DNA from: Lytechinus pictus
Lineage: Eukaryota
Assembly: GCF_037042905.1 (NCBI RefSeq)
Contig: NC_087251.1
Location: 16,928,001-16,992,000 of the forward strand
Length of the DNA stretch: 64,000 nt
Direction of reading: 5' to 3'
Below the pieces are notes generated by a model, which made no database searches, was not told the origin of the DNA, and saw only the letters and a list, made by a program, of their open reading frames with translations. Position numbers and translations under genes: made by a program. This document shows, in pieces, positions 25,821-40,778 of the stretch (the first letter of the stretch is position 1; every line of letters starts with the position of its first letter).

Positions 25821-28800
25821 TAACCTTTAATTTGTAAATTCTATGTTTTATTATTTACTCCCTTCTGCTTGTACTAGAATTTTCACAGGGGCCAGACGTT
25901 TGAAAAAAAAATTATGATCATTTTCAAACACTGCAAATAATCGAGAGATTATGTTGCTTATTAGAACAAATCACGTTTTTACACATAAAGTTTCGGATTG
26001 AAACTCTTGTTTGCCATCAATGTCATGAATGTTAGAATGTCTCGCCAAATTGACGAGTCTGCTGTTTCCATGGTGTGGTGGTTGAAGGCGTTGACGATCT
26101 ATTTAAGTCAAGGATACCATGTCGATTTCCGGAGGAGACATCCAATTCACACTTTGCATTTTCTAGAAACATTTTAAAAGATCCATTTTCCGCGATTAAA
26201 GCTGATTCTGAACTCAAGTTTTAATCTCGATTGAGATATAAACTAATTATTACAGAGAATTTGAATAAGAAAGTGGAGACGGACTTTTAAGGGGAAAATG
26301 AGAAGGATTATCGAACTTCAAGGGGTATAGCTTGTTGACCTGCTCGTTACAAGTTTACTAATTTTATAATATTTTATCCCCAATATGAAACAAAGCGAAG
26401 AGAGAGAGGGGGGGAAGAGGTTGTGTGTGTTAGACAGAGGGAGAGAGGGGGGAATACGTTGGTGGTGATACGCAAATTATGATTATGTATCGTCGTGCAG
26501 CAGAAAAAAAAATAACACTGTTAAATGGAGCAAAATCATGGAATTGAAACAAAAATAGAGTTAGATGGGGGACTATACCATCTCTCCTAAGTAAAAAAAA
26601 AAAAAAAAAAAAAACTGGCCACGCCTCTACTAGATGATTGCATCCTCATGGGGGTGGGTGAGATGAATCCACTTGTTTCCACCACTCACGAGAACCTCAC
26701 TGTGTGGTGGCGCTAGACATCAATACTATAGCTCGTCATTTCCGGTCAAAAGTCACCGCGGAAGGTCAAATTCAAGTAACCATTCCGCCATTCCAGCCAT
26801 GATTGAACGATTATTTCTCCCCTTCACCTTTCATCATTGAGAGATTGAATTCTATGATTGATTGATAAGATTGACTCTCTGATTTTCTTTCCTACACAGC
26901 CAAGGTGCTATTGTCAGGTGAATATTGTTGACCATTTTCACGCAAACAAAGACAAATATGATGTGACAAAAAGGTCAACTTTATTTTGGTTTCTCTGGAA
27001 TTTGGAGCAAATTCTTCCCCCTTTTTCAATGTCTCGAGAAACAATAGTTTGTGCACTTGTTATTCTGGAGTCAGCATTTTCTTATTGATTAGGCTTGAAT
27101 ATACATAACATATTTTTGAGGATGAGTTGAAAGGTGACAATACAGGTTGATATTTGGCAAATAAAAGAGACTTTCGTTATGTTTATATTCGTTTAGTTTT
27201 GGATCATTAATTGATGATTGGTTAAACTAAGATTCACGTTTCAGATCATAAGCGGAATATTGGCCTGCATGAGTTTATTTGATATGACGATTATGAAAGA
27301 ATTCGTAGTCTCTAATTTAAGTCGTGTCTCACCATTCTCACTGCCCATTTCCATTTAGTTAATAGTTCTTCACAATTGTGTCTCATTTCTTTTGCTTTAT
27401 TTCTCGCATTCAAACCTTGTCATAATTATGAAGTTCTAAAATCAGTAGTACGGCATGTATGAAAAAAAAATTACTTTCCGGAGTTCCTGTATTTTGAAAA
27501 CATACTACAATTTTCCGTTCTCAGAAATCATTAATCAATCAAATGAATTTCTTCCATTCATTAACTTGCACGCAACACCCTTTGGCTCTGAACTTTTATT
27601 AAAGAGATCCTTTCAGATTGATAAACAAGAAAGTGTTATTTCACTTTTTATGAATCAGAGTGGAAGTCATCAATTTGTTTTATGGTTTAAAGTAGACTGG
27701 AATATATAACAAAAATTCGATTTAAATTGCAGCCCAGCATCTTCTGGTGATTGTTACTTTGCTGACTTCTTTCTTTTATTTAACCAGTATTAATTGGGAC
27801 TGTTCCTGTATTAAAATCAACCACTTCACCAGTCATTTGGCTTTGTAGTCATATTCTAAATTAGTGAGTAAAGAAATTCAAATTCTTTATCATAGATATC
27901 CCCTTCCGTCAACATGGTCAATGTTGGTTGAAAGGGTCATAACTTACAATTTTGTCACTAAATATTCATTTCGGTGCCAAAAACTTGACGATTTGTATTC
28001 GCTCCAATCGGATGCAAAGTAATGAAATTGTCACAGAGGAACTCACAGAGATGTGTAGATAACTGGTTTATATTGAAAGTGAAACCCAATACACGAGAGC
28101 TGCGTTACCTTACGCAATTAAGAGTTTCTCATTGGGAGCAATAGTATGCAAAAAGTACAAGAACATAATTATGTTAGGGAGCGAGATGGAGCAGCTGGTT
28201 ATGATTTTTTTTTTTTGGGGGGGGATATTTAAATTGAAATTGAAAGATCTGAGATTGAAAGATTTACGTCAGAATTACTGTTATTAGTATTTTTTTAATC
28301 GCATAACCGCGTAAGGCAAAGAATGAAAGTAAATTTAGTCGGACATAGGGCATAAACAAATTGTTAGTTGTCGCTTGGTTGTGGAAATGGGAACAATGCT
28401 TATATACGTATTAATAACATAAAATTTGAAAGTATCCAATTTCGTGTAAATCACATTAAAAATAAATTAAATACAATGATAAATTAAAGCCAGAATACAT
28501 TTTTGGTACATACTACTCTATTAATGTATATTTTAACAATCGTATCTGACATAGGAGTACATACTGTTACATTGATTTCATTTATTTATTCCTATATCTG
28601 AAATCAATTATTAAATCAGACCCCCTCCCCCAAAAAACAGTTTTATATAAGTTTTCTTATGCTCAATATGGTGCAGCGCATCTTTCACGAATGTGTTTTA
28701 TGACATTTTATTTTTTTTTAAATCATATTGTAAGCTTTCCATAATTTGCAAATGAATATTCGTTCACAATCTCTTTAGAGTACATAATTTATATATATCA

Positions 28801-30464
28801 CATCCACGCGGGTTAAAAAGTCAGATATAAATTTTGGTGACATCCGCATGTACGGATATACGATTTTTGTACACAAAACTCATTTATTAAACTGGTGATA
28901 ACTTGAAATCAAGCGTAAACTTTTATTTACTTCTTCTGAATGAGAGGAATCCCATGGGGATCATCTTGTCCAAGGTCTAGTTCAAAATCATCCTCCAAGT
29001 TACGACAATGCGTGAGAACTAGTTCGGTATTATCCTACCATCTTAAAGTCCAAATTGGGTATGTTTGATAGCTTGTAAGCCTGATGAAAGCTTCTTTAAT
29101 CGAGACCTTGGCTGTCACCATGACCTGTATAGTTCCACCGCTGTCCTATATCCATTCCTATATTGCAAACTTCCGATGTAAATAGTCGATAATATGGGTT
29201 GATTTCTTTAATAATGTCTTTTATTTCGGCACAATTGCTCATCATAGCGCGGGGATTATGGAACTCTCAATCCATATTATGATCAAATGCATAATTATCA
29301 ATACAGACTCCATATAACCGATTTGGCATCTTTTTCCGTGTTATTTCCGCTGTAATCAAGGTTTCATAATGTTTTGGGCATTCAAAATCAATATGTTTTG
29401 TTGGAATTGGTGGATAAAATCTTCACATAATACTATTTGAATTAGAGGGGAGAGGGCTACATTGTATCAGAGTCCACCTTTTAACTTAAATTTGCGGCAT
29501 TTTCAGAATGAGAGGAATCGATTGATCCATATTTGATCTAATGATTTATATTTTATTTATTCATACGCCATTAAGACTAGAGTCCCGAACTAGCTTCCGT
29601 TGAGGACCTGGTTAAACAGTTAAAAATACGACAGACAGATAAAAAAAAAAAACAAGCATGAAGGCATGACAACGAGCAAAGTAAGAAAATACAAATATAA
29701 AGAAAATGTAAATTAACAAAATCATTACCTCAAATTTAAATTAAAAGAAATTCACTGGACAAAAATATCTAAACCTTAAGGATGAAATATAATTTATTCG
29801 AAATGTTTGTAAATTTTCATTAAACATGCAAAATGACAGAAAAAAAAATTGAAGTCATTTTATACGTTTTCCTCAGTTTGCACTTTTTTTTCTACTTGGA
29901 ATATTATCAAAGAACGATAGGGGGGGAAATAATTCATCATTACATTCTCAGTGTACACGTCCTGACTAATATTGGTTAATTACACTCCAAACGGTTGAAA
30001 GGACAAAGATAACAAAATATGAAGGAAATCCCTTAAGCTAGAATATAAAGATTTAGTTGTGACGCGGTCTTCTTTTGATCTATTCACATTGTCTTCTCTG
30101 TAAACAAGAAAATTCAGTGTAAGTTGACAAACTCAAAGAGAGAAGAATTACCTTTGGAGAGCAGATAAATCTGTGTATTTACTCAATCAATGACTTCAAA
30201 AGAGATTCATCTCTAATGCAGATCAAATGAAGCTCATGAAATGAATACATGATAAACGTTGATTGTTGAGAGAGCCTGAATATTTAGGGAACTATCGATG
30301 TTTTGTCGATTCGCCCCATGTTTAGACTCAAGGGTCCGTACTCTGAACCCGGGTTTAACTCAGACTGTGGTGGTCTAACTATGTGCTAAATTTATGGGAA
30401 GCCAAACATGTCAAAATTTGTTCACATCATGGTGTGTTTCTTATGTTTACTGCTGATGCACAGT

Positions 30465-30904
30465 CACATGAAAACGAGAGAATCGATGATGCCCCTCACT
30501 ATTTCTTTTTGTTTTTCATTGTTCGAATTATACATTATTTCAATTTTTGCAGATTTGACAATAAGGACCAACTAAACTGAACCATAAATGTTAAGCAATG
30601 GTAATTCAACATGTTCAGGGAGAAATAAAACTTTGTTTCACAAGGACAATGAGGAGAAATTAGAATATTTCATATTTCATATAATAAAATACAAAAGAAA
30701 TAGTGAGTGAGTGATGTCCATCAGTTTCCCTCATTTGCATACCGACCGGGATGTGCATATAACTGTTTTGTGAAATTAAGCGAAACTTTAAAATATCATA
30801 ACTTTCATATTTTACATCCGATTTTGATGAAATTTTCAGTGTTATGCTTGTTGGATTTTTCACTTTTTATTCAAATCAAAATTTTGTTGGGGTGGACTTG
30901 TCCT
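30465..30904. mobile_element. Left-truncated Kolobok-type element (related subfamily)
   Basis: Right end GGGGTGGACTTGTCCT|TTAA. Shares ATCCGATTTTGATGAAATTTTC with 24959-24980. Internal inverted CTCACTATTTCTTTT / AAAAGAAATAGTGAG. Confidence 0.75.
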
Positions 30905-30914
30905 TTAATTACGA

Positions 30915-31768
30915 ACAGGATGGAATTTTATGCGTTTGCGAAGCTAGAGCTGAAATTTGTGATATTCCGACCTAACTTGTTATTCTAAGCATTTTTTGTA
31001 AACAATGAACAAATTGGTCACTATTGATATATTTTTTATTTTTTATATTCCGACCTGAAAACCGGACATTCTAAACATTTCATTTAACTATGAACAGGAT
31101 GGAGATACCTAAACAGTTGTGAGCACGAAGTGCGAGCTGAAATTTTTGATATTCCGGCCTAAGAACTGGATATTATAAGCACTTTTTGTAACCGTGAACA
31201 AATTGGTTTCTAACTAATCAATTGACGCGAGCGCAAAGTGTGAGCTGAAATTTTTTGATATTTTAACCTGAAAACTAGACATTTATTATAGGTATCCAAG
31301 TAAAAAATTGTTGCGAGCGCTTAGCGCGAGCGAAATTTTTATTTTTTAATTGCATTACCTAAAAGTTGTTCTGTACCTTTTTCCTGTCCCTGGTCAGCGC
31401 AGTCCGTACTCACTATCGGTACAGAGAGCTCTAAAAGTCGCATTGCGTAAAAATCCCAATTTACCGATAAAAGTGTACAGTTTAATTGACATTTACCGAC
31501 AAAGATGGTTGAATTAAAAAACCGATTCAGTTGGAACAGCCCCGTGTGCCCGACAGTTTATAATTTTTTCCGACAGTCTGCAGTCCAGTTTTTGTTTTCC
31601 CTTTTCTCTTAAACTCTTTCTTCTTTTTCCCCTTCCCCCTTTTTTCTCTCTTTCCTTTTTCCTCTTTTCTTTTTTCTTTCCCTTTTTTCGCTTCCTTTTT
31701 TGTTTGCTTGTGACTCATCAGGGGGGGGGGCAGTCTGCCCCCTTGCCCCCCCCTTAGGTACGCTAGTG
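30915..31768. mobile_element. Right part of a hAT-like non-autonomous element with ~100-bp internal tandem units
   Basis: About five diverged units (ATTCCGACCTGAAA-like at 30964, 31047, 31151, 31260, 31354, with GCGAGCGC..GCGAGC motifs), a T/C-rich tract, then terminal GGGGGGGCAGTCTGCCCCCTTGCCCCCCCCTTAGGTACGCTAGTG. Confidence 0.55.
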
Positions 31769-34700
31769 ATCAGACATAATCTCTTCCGATTAGGTAAAAA
31801 TGTTTGATATAATTATGTGCAGATTTCCTCTGCACATGTTGCATCGGTAAATGCTGGTTACTACTGGCCTGCGTTCTCTCATTCAGCAGCACAAACATGG
31901 CAAAAATGTTTCGTTACCATATTTATCGAATTCTATTTCTAAACGATGCTCTGACCCGACGACGTTTCTTAAAGTCAGCGTTGTTACATAAACCTCTTTT
32001 CATACGTTTTTAAATCATTTTGAAGTGGGCGTGTCTGAACGCAAGGATAGTGAATTGAATACTTTACAGGGGATTATCGAAATAATTTACATTCCATAAG
32101 AATGATGCAATTTGTAGGTTTCTCTGGTGCCTCGGCTTTGCGATACAAACCTCCCCTCGTTCACCCAGTCATGACAATTCATTGTATGCACGTATTGTGA
32201 CAGACTGTTATTATAAAGTCGCCGGGTAAAGTATATATACATGATAAAGGTTCTGTACTTAAGTTGGCAGAAAGGATCTTTGATATCTGCAAAACACTTT
32301 CAGTGGTCATTACACATTGATTATGTTCCGAGAAACAAATTATAGTTTCGAAATCATCCCTTGTATTGTGTACTAGTAGGCCTACTGTTGGCATGTAGGT
32401 CTACATACCTACCCTTAACGCTAAAAGTAATTCCATAGGAGTCTGGAAATAATACAGGGCGTCGGTGAAGAATTCGTCATGTTCGGAGAACTATTACCCA
32501 AGTAAACTGATGGGGACATTATTATGGTCGGTCATCATGGTCATTGTACTGTTTCCCACATGTTACATTGCTAACAATAGAGAGATAATCGGAAAGTGAA
32601 CACAACTCCCACGAAATCACCATCGAGTAATTTGAGGCTCTAGATGAGTTACTTACGAACACACACATCGTAACACATTGTGAATTATTTCACTTTCGTA
32701 AATAATGTCTTACAAAAAACTGGCTGATGGTGCTTATTTTACCAATTACTGAGCAATTATCACTATAATTATAATCTTTTTTCTTTTTATACATAAAATC
32801 ACTCTGGTGGTCTTTTTGTTGGATTCTGTTCTAATTCATGTCGTGATTGTTACCACAACCGGAATTCATTTCTTATGGGCGGTCGTTTTGGAGGAAGTGA
32901 ATTTTTGTCTGATCTAAAACTATATGCATCGATGTAAGTCATGTAAAAAAAAAATCGAGCAAAGTCATAGACAAGTACCAGTGCAATACAAACTTTATAA
33001 AAGAGAATAATTCAGTCAATTTTGTTATCAATAATTGTTCTTTGCATTGAAAAACTTTGCTGAACCATAATAAACGGATAAACAAAGGTTGTCCTGTTTG
33101 CCTATTAATGTCTAAATGTATCCCTACTTTCATTCATCACATTTAGGCTTCTCAATTGACCTTACCCCCATAGCCTGACACATATATATTAATAACCCCC
33201 TTCCTCTGAACTTGAGGGTTGAATGTGACCTATGACCTTCATGTACAGCTGTTCTTTATCGTCACGCCGCCCTCTTTCTGCCAAATCGGATAAGTTTTAC
33301 AATGCATCCTCGTAATATTTAGCTGCTTGGAAACAAGGTTGCATTGTGAGAGAAGTACGGAATAAGTAGAATAAACAAATAATTGCGCCAGGAAGAATCA
33401 AAATCTTCACTCACACATACACATGTAGATGCCGTTCGTTTCTCTGCAGTGGTGCCAAATTGGGTGAGGGGCCCTCAAACATGATATACGCGCAGAGCGC
33501 ATTCACTTTGCAGTGGGTATACAAGGAAGATAATATTATTTGATGTTTCACCATTATCTTTACGAAAAAAATGCTATATTGTGAAAAATCAAATGGGAAA
33601 TTATAAAAATCAGAAATGAGAGGGCTTTAATCAAAGTCGAAGAGTTTGAGGACGATACGAGGCCTACTTTGTATTGTTAAGGGAATCATTTTTGAAGTAA
33701 TATGATAGCAAAGCAACATTAATACTCACAAAACAGGGAAATGTTTAAGAAATATACTAACAATAGTTTGGGATTCCTCCCTCCGCCGAAAGCAAGAAAA
33801 CATCAAATTATCCTATAAATCGAAGGGAGAGAAAACAATTTTTTATGATAGTGAGCACACACAATGCAGTGGAAAGGAAATATGATTGGGGATACTTTAT
33901 CATTTGCCTTCTTTGAACGAAGTGACAAACGAAAATCGTATTTTCAAAGAAAAAATCTCGTTGAAGCATCCTTTTTGCTGCGCCTAATTTTGATCGCAAA
34001 TACTATATCATTATGCTGATGAAAAAGAAAATAAATCCATGAACTCTTGAAGACCCTTTAAAATTATCAAGGAAAGGTGAATCCCTCTCTGCCTCCAGGA
34101 TCGTTACATTTGCTTTAATGAAAGAAACATTATTAGTGTACCGTCAGTGACTTTATGAACATGATAAAAACAGCTATTTTGGGTAGAAAAGTTCCCATAA
34201 GTACTGGTATCTTGCTTCAGTCCCCGCCCTAGACGATAAAACATGATATGGTTTCCCTTATTATAATGAATAAAGCCTCATAGGATAATGTTACCAGTAT
34301 AGATCATTATCATGATTAATGAATGGGAGATCGACGAGGCTTATCATTCTACAACATACACAGTACTTGTATTTTTTATATCTTTTCTTTCCTTATGACT
34401 CCCACAAGCACAAATGTTTTTCTGAGGTTGCTATGAAGCATGATTAAAAATAAACGATGCACTATAACGAAGCTAAGGAATAAAGAGTTTGACTCGATAG
34501 GCAGAAAAAAAAAATCACCGCAGACTAATAAACGTCAATTCAAATTTTCTTCTTTCCCCCAAAGCGGAGCAATCAACATTGCAATATGAATATGTGACGT
34601 CAGTTTGGTCAGTTGCGTAATTTACACATCTTGAACTCACACTAGTATCTCAGCCAAACACAATCTTGCTGAGCATACCAGATAAAGTGTACATACGGAC

Positions 34701-36178
34701 GGGAAGTCATCTAGAAATAAATGACTAAAAAAAAACAAGACAAAAAAATCAATATGATTGTTGCTGGATACGAGAACTTGTTCACTTTTCTGGACAGTGA
34801 TACATTAATGGTTGCCATAATCTATTGGGTGGCCAGGATGAATTTGATAGGGACTGGTGTTGGTTCCAGTGAGCACGCTGTGAGTGGATAATGGTTGCTG
34901 GATTATGGGTAAATGGCTGGGTGTAAGATGGAATGAGGATGAATTTCATTTAACAGGACGAACAAAAAATATTGTATGCCCTCACATGCACAGACAAATT
35001 GTGCCACCATCCATACTTGCAGAAAAGCACGTATTGTTCGCACGCTAGAAGTTTCAGGATAGTTAAACTAACTAGTAAGCTATCGATACATACATGTCGA
35101 TTTTAAGAGGAGGAATAACACTAAAAGTATTCTAGTAGCTGTCATGTCAAACAAAATCCTGACAATTATCTGTCATTGAGTATATCCTAACGGAAGACTA
35201 CTTCCCAACTCACAAGTATTAACCCCATCCCCCCTGTCTCTCTGAAATACATTAATATTACGGCAGGGAACGGTGTAAAATCCAGTATATAATTCACAGA
35301 GGTTAGTATCAAGTGGAAAAATATTTTTGGGAAAAATTAATCAGCGCCAATTTCCATCGAGACACGATGAGACAAATAGATAAAATAGATAAAAGATAAA
35401 AGGGAAGTCCCGATCCCGGTGTGTTCGAACAACACACGCTCAACGCAACTTTATGGGTAATGACGTCACATCCGGTAGTGAAACCGACAACAGGAACCAA
35501 GGGTCTCTAGACATCATAACAAACACCGTGTTGGAAAAACAACACCAAATAGAGCGACATGGTGTCAGCCCAACCAGAAGACCTGAAGGAAACAATAGCA
35601 TCTTGGTCAAGATAAAACAATAGAAAGTCGGTCAGTTTCCGCGAAACGTGAAAACTGTTATCAGAAGAACCGTTGACAGAAACGATCGCTTGGTAATGCG
35701 TCAGGCGATCTTGTCACGGTTAGTAACTTGTTCTTTGATCTTGTAACAAAATAACACGCAATATTCAAAGTCCATTCACTGCACTATGGCTTGATTTGAA
35801 CTTTGTCAGTCTGTCGAATATGAAATCAATCAAATTTTAATTAAAAATCAGATTTGATAATTGATATTGATGGATTAGGTCAGAATGAGGGATAAAAAAG
35901 GAAGACCCTCAGGGTGAAAATTATATCGAAGACGGAAACAAAAAAGTGAAAGTGTTTTGAAACTGTAAGGAGGACGGGTCACCTCATAATCTTGACCGAA
36001 ATGATTTCTCCAAATGATACACGCAATAGAAACCATTTAGAACACCTTGTATCCAGGCAATTTTTTTTTTAGAAATCAGGTCTGATCGAGACCTTCCATC
36101 TCCCTGCTCGATCATCTCCTTAAAAACGACACCATTATGACCTTGGGTTCCGTTAAGACCAGGTTACGGCACGACCAG

Positions 36179-36294
36179 GGGCCCGTAACACAAAGCTTAG
36201 CAATGATCGTAGAACTTTTTCTACGATTGATTCCATTGACTACAATGTACAATCAATCATGAAAATCAATCACTAACCTTTGTGTTACGGGACC
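36179..36294. mobile_element. Short Harbinger-like MITE
   Basis: TIR GGGCCCGTAACACAAAG...CTTTGTGTTACGGGACC. 3-bp TSD CAG (36176-36178 and 36295-36297). Confidence 0.85.
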
Positions 36295-36857
36295 CAGGTA
36301 ACTTTTTTGTTACAGTAATATAATGATACCAGAACGTTTAGTGCAAGCATAATGGTTAATTGAGGCAAATATACAACGATAAACTGTTAATGGGTGCCGA
36401 ACGTTGCGTAAATAAATTTCAAAACATCATCTCGTGTCCTCCAATCAATTGACTTCCGACATGAGGGCAGTGGATAATACAACTCTCCCGGGAGAGATAG
36501 AGAGAAGGCTCAAGCGAAAAAGTAATCCCTTGACTAAACAAAGACGACCCTATATCAGGACACTGGTCTACAGGGACACGATAAGATCCAGAGATCGCAG
36601 ACGATCATTGGCATGGTAACACACCGAGAGGATAAGCCCTGCGGGCGATACGACACGGCCAGGGAAACTGGACTTCACGTAGTCTTTAATTTCGAGCCCC
36701 AAAGGGCTTTCATAATGCATTCATACAGCAACAGATATAGGCTACAACTGTGGTGTCGTGATTGCAAACATTAATCAAGGCAAACAGTTTAACAGACCAA
36801 CTCTTGGAAATAGGATTCGTCTTCTACGACTTACTCCGTCACCAGCAAGACCAATCG

Positions 36858-37050
36858 TCATCATCTTCATCATCATCATCATTATCATCATCACCATCAC
36901 CACCACCACCGAGTGATTAATTGATCAATCGATTTTATTAATCAAATTCATTATCATCATAATATTATAGATCCTAATAATTTTCATCACTATCATCTGC
37001 ATCTTCATTACCATCATGATCCCAATCATCGACCGGCCATCATCATTATC
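36858..37050. repeat. (CAT)n/(CAC)n microsatellite with degenerate extension
   Basis: Read directly from the sequence. Confidence 0.85.
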
Positions 37051-40000
37051 AATCTTCCGTTTTCTGACTGACCTGCTATACTCAAAAGTTGACAAAGTAC
37101 GACAGTTGTCTCGTTGTTCCATATCAAACATGTAAAGGTAATATAGGCTAATCGTAATGGGCAATTCGCCTGATATCTATGTCAACTAGCATCAATCATT
37201 ACAACGAAACAAAGAAAATAAGAAGAGAACATTTTTTTCTTACATTAACAGTCTATGATAAGCAATCTAAAGTGTCTTCCGGTGCCCTCGATTATGCAAC
37301 TGGATATTCACGTTTCGGAATTCTCGATAAGGATAGGAAAGTGACTGAATTTGTGAGACTATCAGGGCCACATTCCAATGGGATATTCTGTCCGTCACGC
37401 GAGACCACGGCGCGTGCCTCATGACCTTAGATTGAGGTCAATACAAGAGAGAAAACGACCCAGGAGGATATGACGTATCACAAATGATGCGATTATAATC
37501 TATGATCTCCAGCTTCGGGATACCGACATCTTCCTGATACAAAATGAAAAATAAACCATTAGACTTTCTTTGATCATTCGGCAATTAGGTTAAAAATCGC
37601 GATTTTTTTTAAACTATAGCTGTGATAAACGTTATATTCTTTTATTTAATACTTGTAATTCTTTTGTAGATTCCAATCATTTATCTGTGTAATTGCTTTC
37701 GATACAATCCTAATGAACCACCTTAATCATTTGAATCACTATGCATGGAAATGGCGCTGTGGAAATTATGTACATTTCTAAATCTACAAATAATATATTT
37801 TCAAATGTTGACATCATTGTCAGACATTATCAGACATGTGATGTGTGCAAAAGGATGTACTTTCAAATGTAAAATGTAATATTTATGGGTAAAATTTGCA
37901 GTTAAAACAGTTAGGTCCCCATGTTTGTCTTATTTTTTGCCTTTAATATATATATATTTTTTTTTTTTTTGGGGGGGGGGGGTATTGCAAAATAAATGAA
38001 TAAAGATTATTTCAGGATCAATATACAATAACTAAATCTGGGAGAAAAACCATGTTGTACCAGATAAAAAACGCTTAATCTTATAATCACTCAAATTTTC
38101 ACAGAGAATCAATCAAAGATAAAAAATAAAACGTCACGAAGCTTTCTTAAGAATGGAATGTTAGAATGCTACTCCAATATAATCCCCATTAGTAAAAAGC
38201 AATCATTACAGCTTTAATCACTACGAGTAAAATAGATTTACATCGAAATCCGACAAGTTGTACCGGACTGGCTGTACCCCCAACAAACCTATAAAATCAT
38301 CTGTATTAGCATTTAGTGTTCTCGTGAATAAGAGTATCGGCAATATTTATGTTTGTTTACAGCGAGTTTTTAAGGATCCAGTCATCTAGATAATTCCCGT
38401 CTCGTCTGGATTATCTGGGCTCATCCATTATTTCCTTCTTAAAAAAAACTATTCTACTTACCATGACCCCAACAGCGCAAGGGAATATACTACCGAACTG
38501 GAGCTATGCGCGGTCTAATTGAGGTTAGATGAAGCCACTGCAATGACTGTTTGAAAATATACACCAAAATACTAAAAAAGTTTATGAAAATTTCATCGAA
38601 ATCTGAAAAATTGTTTGATAAAGCCGTGAAATGCAAAACGTTGTGAAAGCATGAAGTATACCAACATTCAAGGGCAAACATGTTTTATATGTTATTATGA
38701 ATATAAATTATACATGCCATTAATTCATTTTTCTGCCCAGTCTCCGTTTGATAAAAAAACTTTGAAAATATTATTTTAGGTATTAGTTCTAGCTATGTTT
38801 CCCAAACTGAATCTCCTCTTCTAACTATTTCATTCTCCCTCTTCCCTTTTCCCACTTATGCTATTCCATTCCCTTCCCGCTATTCCTCACCTCATCTATA
38901 TTCTTAGTGTTTATTAGTAAAGTCAATTTCTAGGATGACCCGGGCCGTCTTTCCACCACGTACATCCCATTCGTGATTCCGAGAGCTTGGTCAGATAGGA
39001 AATGTCTCTGACCTCTTGCTGTAACCATGGACCTATTTGGAATGCTGTAACACACTCTATTTTTTAAAAATCGTACTTTACGTTTGGCATATTCAAGTAT
39101 ATCAGAGGTATCTGCATGCATTGGCACTATATGCATGATTAAAAATTGTCTGCTTATTTAATATCATTTATATCATATTGCTCATTTTCATAACTTCATG
39201 AACCTCATTTCTTGAGATTCATCTGTCGATCTTTGTCAATAATCCATTTGTTAAATTATTCATTTAATTTTATCTCTTCAACTACCATGACTATTAATGC
39301 CGTCATGAAAGGGGATGGGTGGTGTCTATTTCAATTTCAGTTTTCAATTTCACTTTATTCCAATATAGAGTCATTCCAAAATGTATTACGTTATTAGTGA
39401 TCCAGTTTCGCTTGGTAGTCTGCCCACGAGTAAATTGCTATGATAAAAATAACATAAACAATATTGTTTATATATTGACTAAATGTTACAAACTCAGATA
39501 ATAACTATCCTAGTTTTAATTACTTAAACAGAAATATGTGTGTGTCACAGTCATACTAAAAACACTGATCGGAAGGAACGTGTTGGATCACCAGTCTGTC
39601 ACGTAACATCTATGTCAACCATTGATTTGAAAGGTCGTTAAAATCCAAATGTAAGGATATCAAAATAAACTATAAGGAACATATTGCGCATTGTCATTGA
39701 CTCGTTCGTCACGGCGAGTCGCACTTGTTTACATCGCCGTTTCCGCCTCCGTCTCATCCTCACGGTATACCCCTGCTTGCTGGCGTGAGATCAGCGGGGT
39801 TTGAGCATGGATGGTTTGAGGATGGATGCAGGGATAGGCTCCTTCAGCCAGGGATGGATGGGTGTGGGAAGCATCATCCACGCCTGGTGAACCGTGAGAG
39901 TCTCGACTAAGGAGATTGGACTTTACGAGGGATAGGGGATGGGATGACGGAAGGAAGGTTCGAGAAAAAAGGTCAAAGAAATATATACAGGGTGTCTACG

Positions 40001-40639
40001 AAGACATGTATATATTGAAATAATTAGACAGACAGAACTTGAAATGACTGAAAAATAAAGTTCGTTTATTATAAATATTTTGAAACTCTGACTCAGAAAT
40101 ACTAACGCCCACCGTCAGCATAGAGATCAGAAAGATAAATTCAAAATAGTACAACCATCAATTTGGCAGCTATATACTTGGCATTCAAATTTAAACCTTT
40201 ATTCTACCCCGCAAGCTAACTTCGTCTGTCATGCATCCCATTTTAATAACGCAACTACTAATGATTCTGCTTTAATAAGGAGGAGCCTAAGAAAGCATAA
40301 ATATCACATAAATGATCTGGAACCAAGTATTGGTAGTTAAGTTTTCCAGAGCATCAGGCAAAGTAAAAAAGAATACAGAATGACGTATGATCGAATCTAC
40401 ATTTCAGATTCCTCATTGGCCATTTTTCCTACTTCTAATCAAATCCATGGTTAAACTCAAATTTACTTCGAAGGAAATAGCCATGATGATATCCTAACTG
40501 GGGGAGGCCGTTACATCACCCATTCAACCATGAAAGGTCAGGCGTGCGTGTCGTCACATCAAACTAATAATTCCATGCAGTGTTGCAAGCCATTTCACAA
40601 AGATTCATCTTTAATCGCTCCCCCTCTGCTCCTTCAACC

Positions 40640-40778
40640 GGGGGAGCGTTTCATGAGGCAATTTGCCGATGATTTCCATTGACAACTGTTATAAGCCACT
40701 GATATACTTGTATCTGATTGGCTGAGGGAAGATTTGACGCTTAAAGTAACCGATATGACGCTTAATGAAACGCTAACC
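40640..40778. mobile_element. Diverged relative of the 16119 MITE
   Basis: GGGGGAGCGTTTCATGA...TAATGAAACGCTAACC termini. Confidence 0.6.

Noticed and set aside
28940..29420. Possible old LINE or viral coding remnant
   Set aside because: Manual translation of part of it gave only short frames with no recognisable RT or endonuclease motif.
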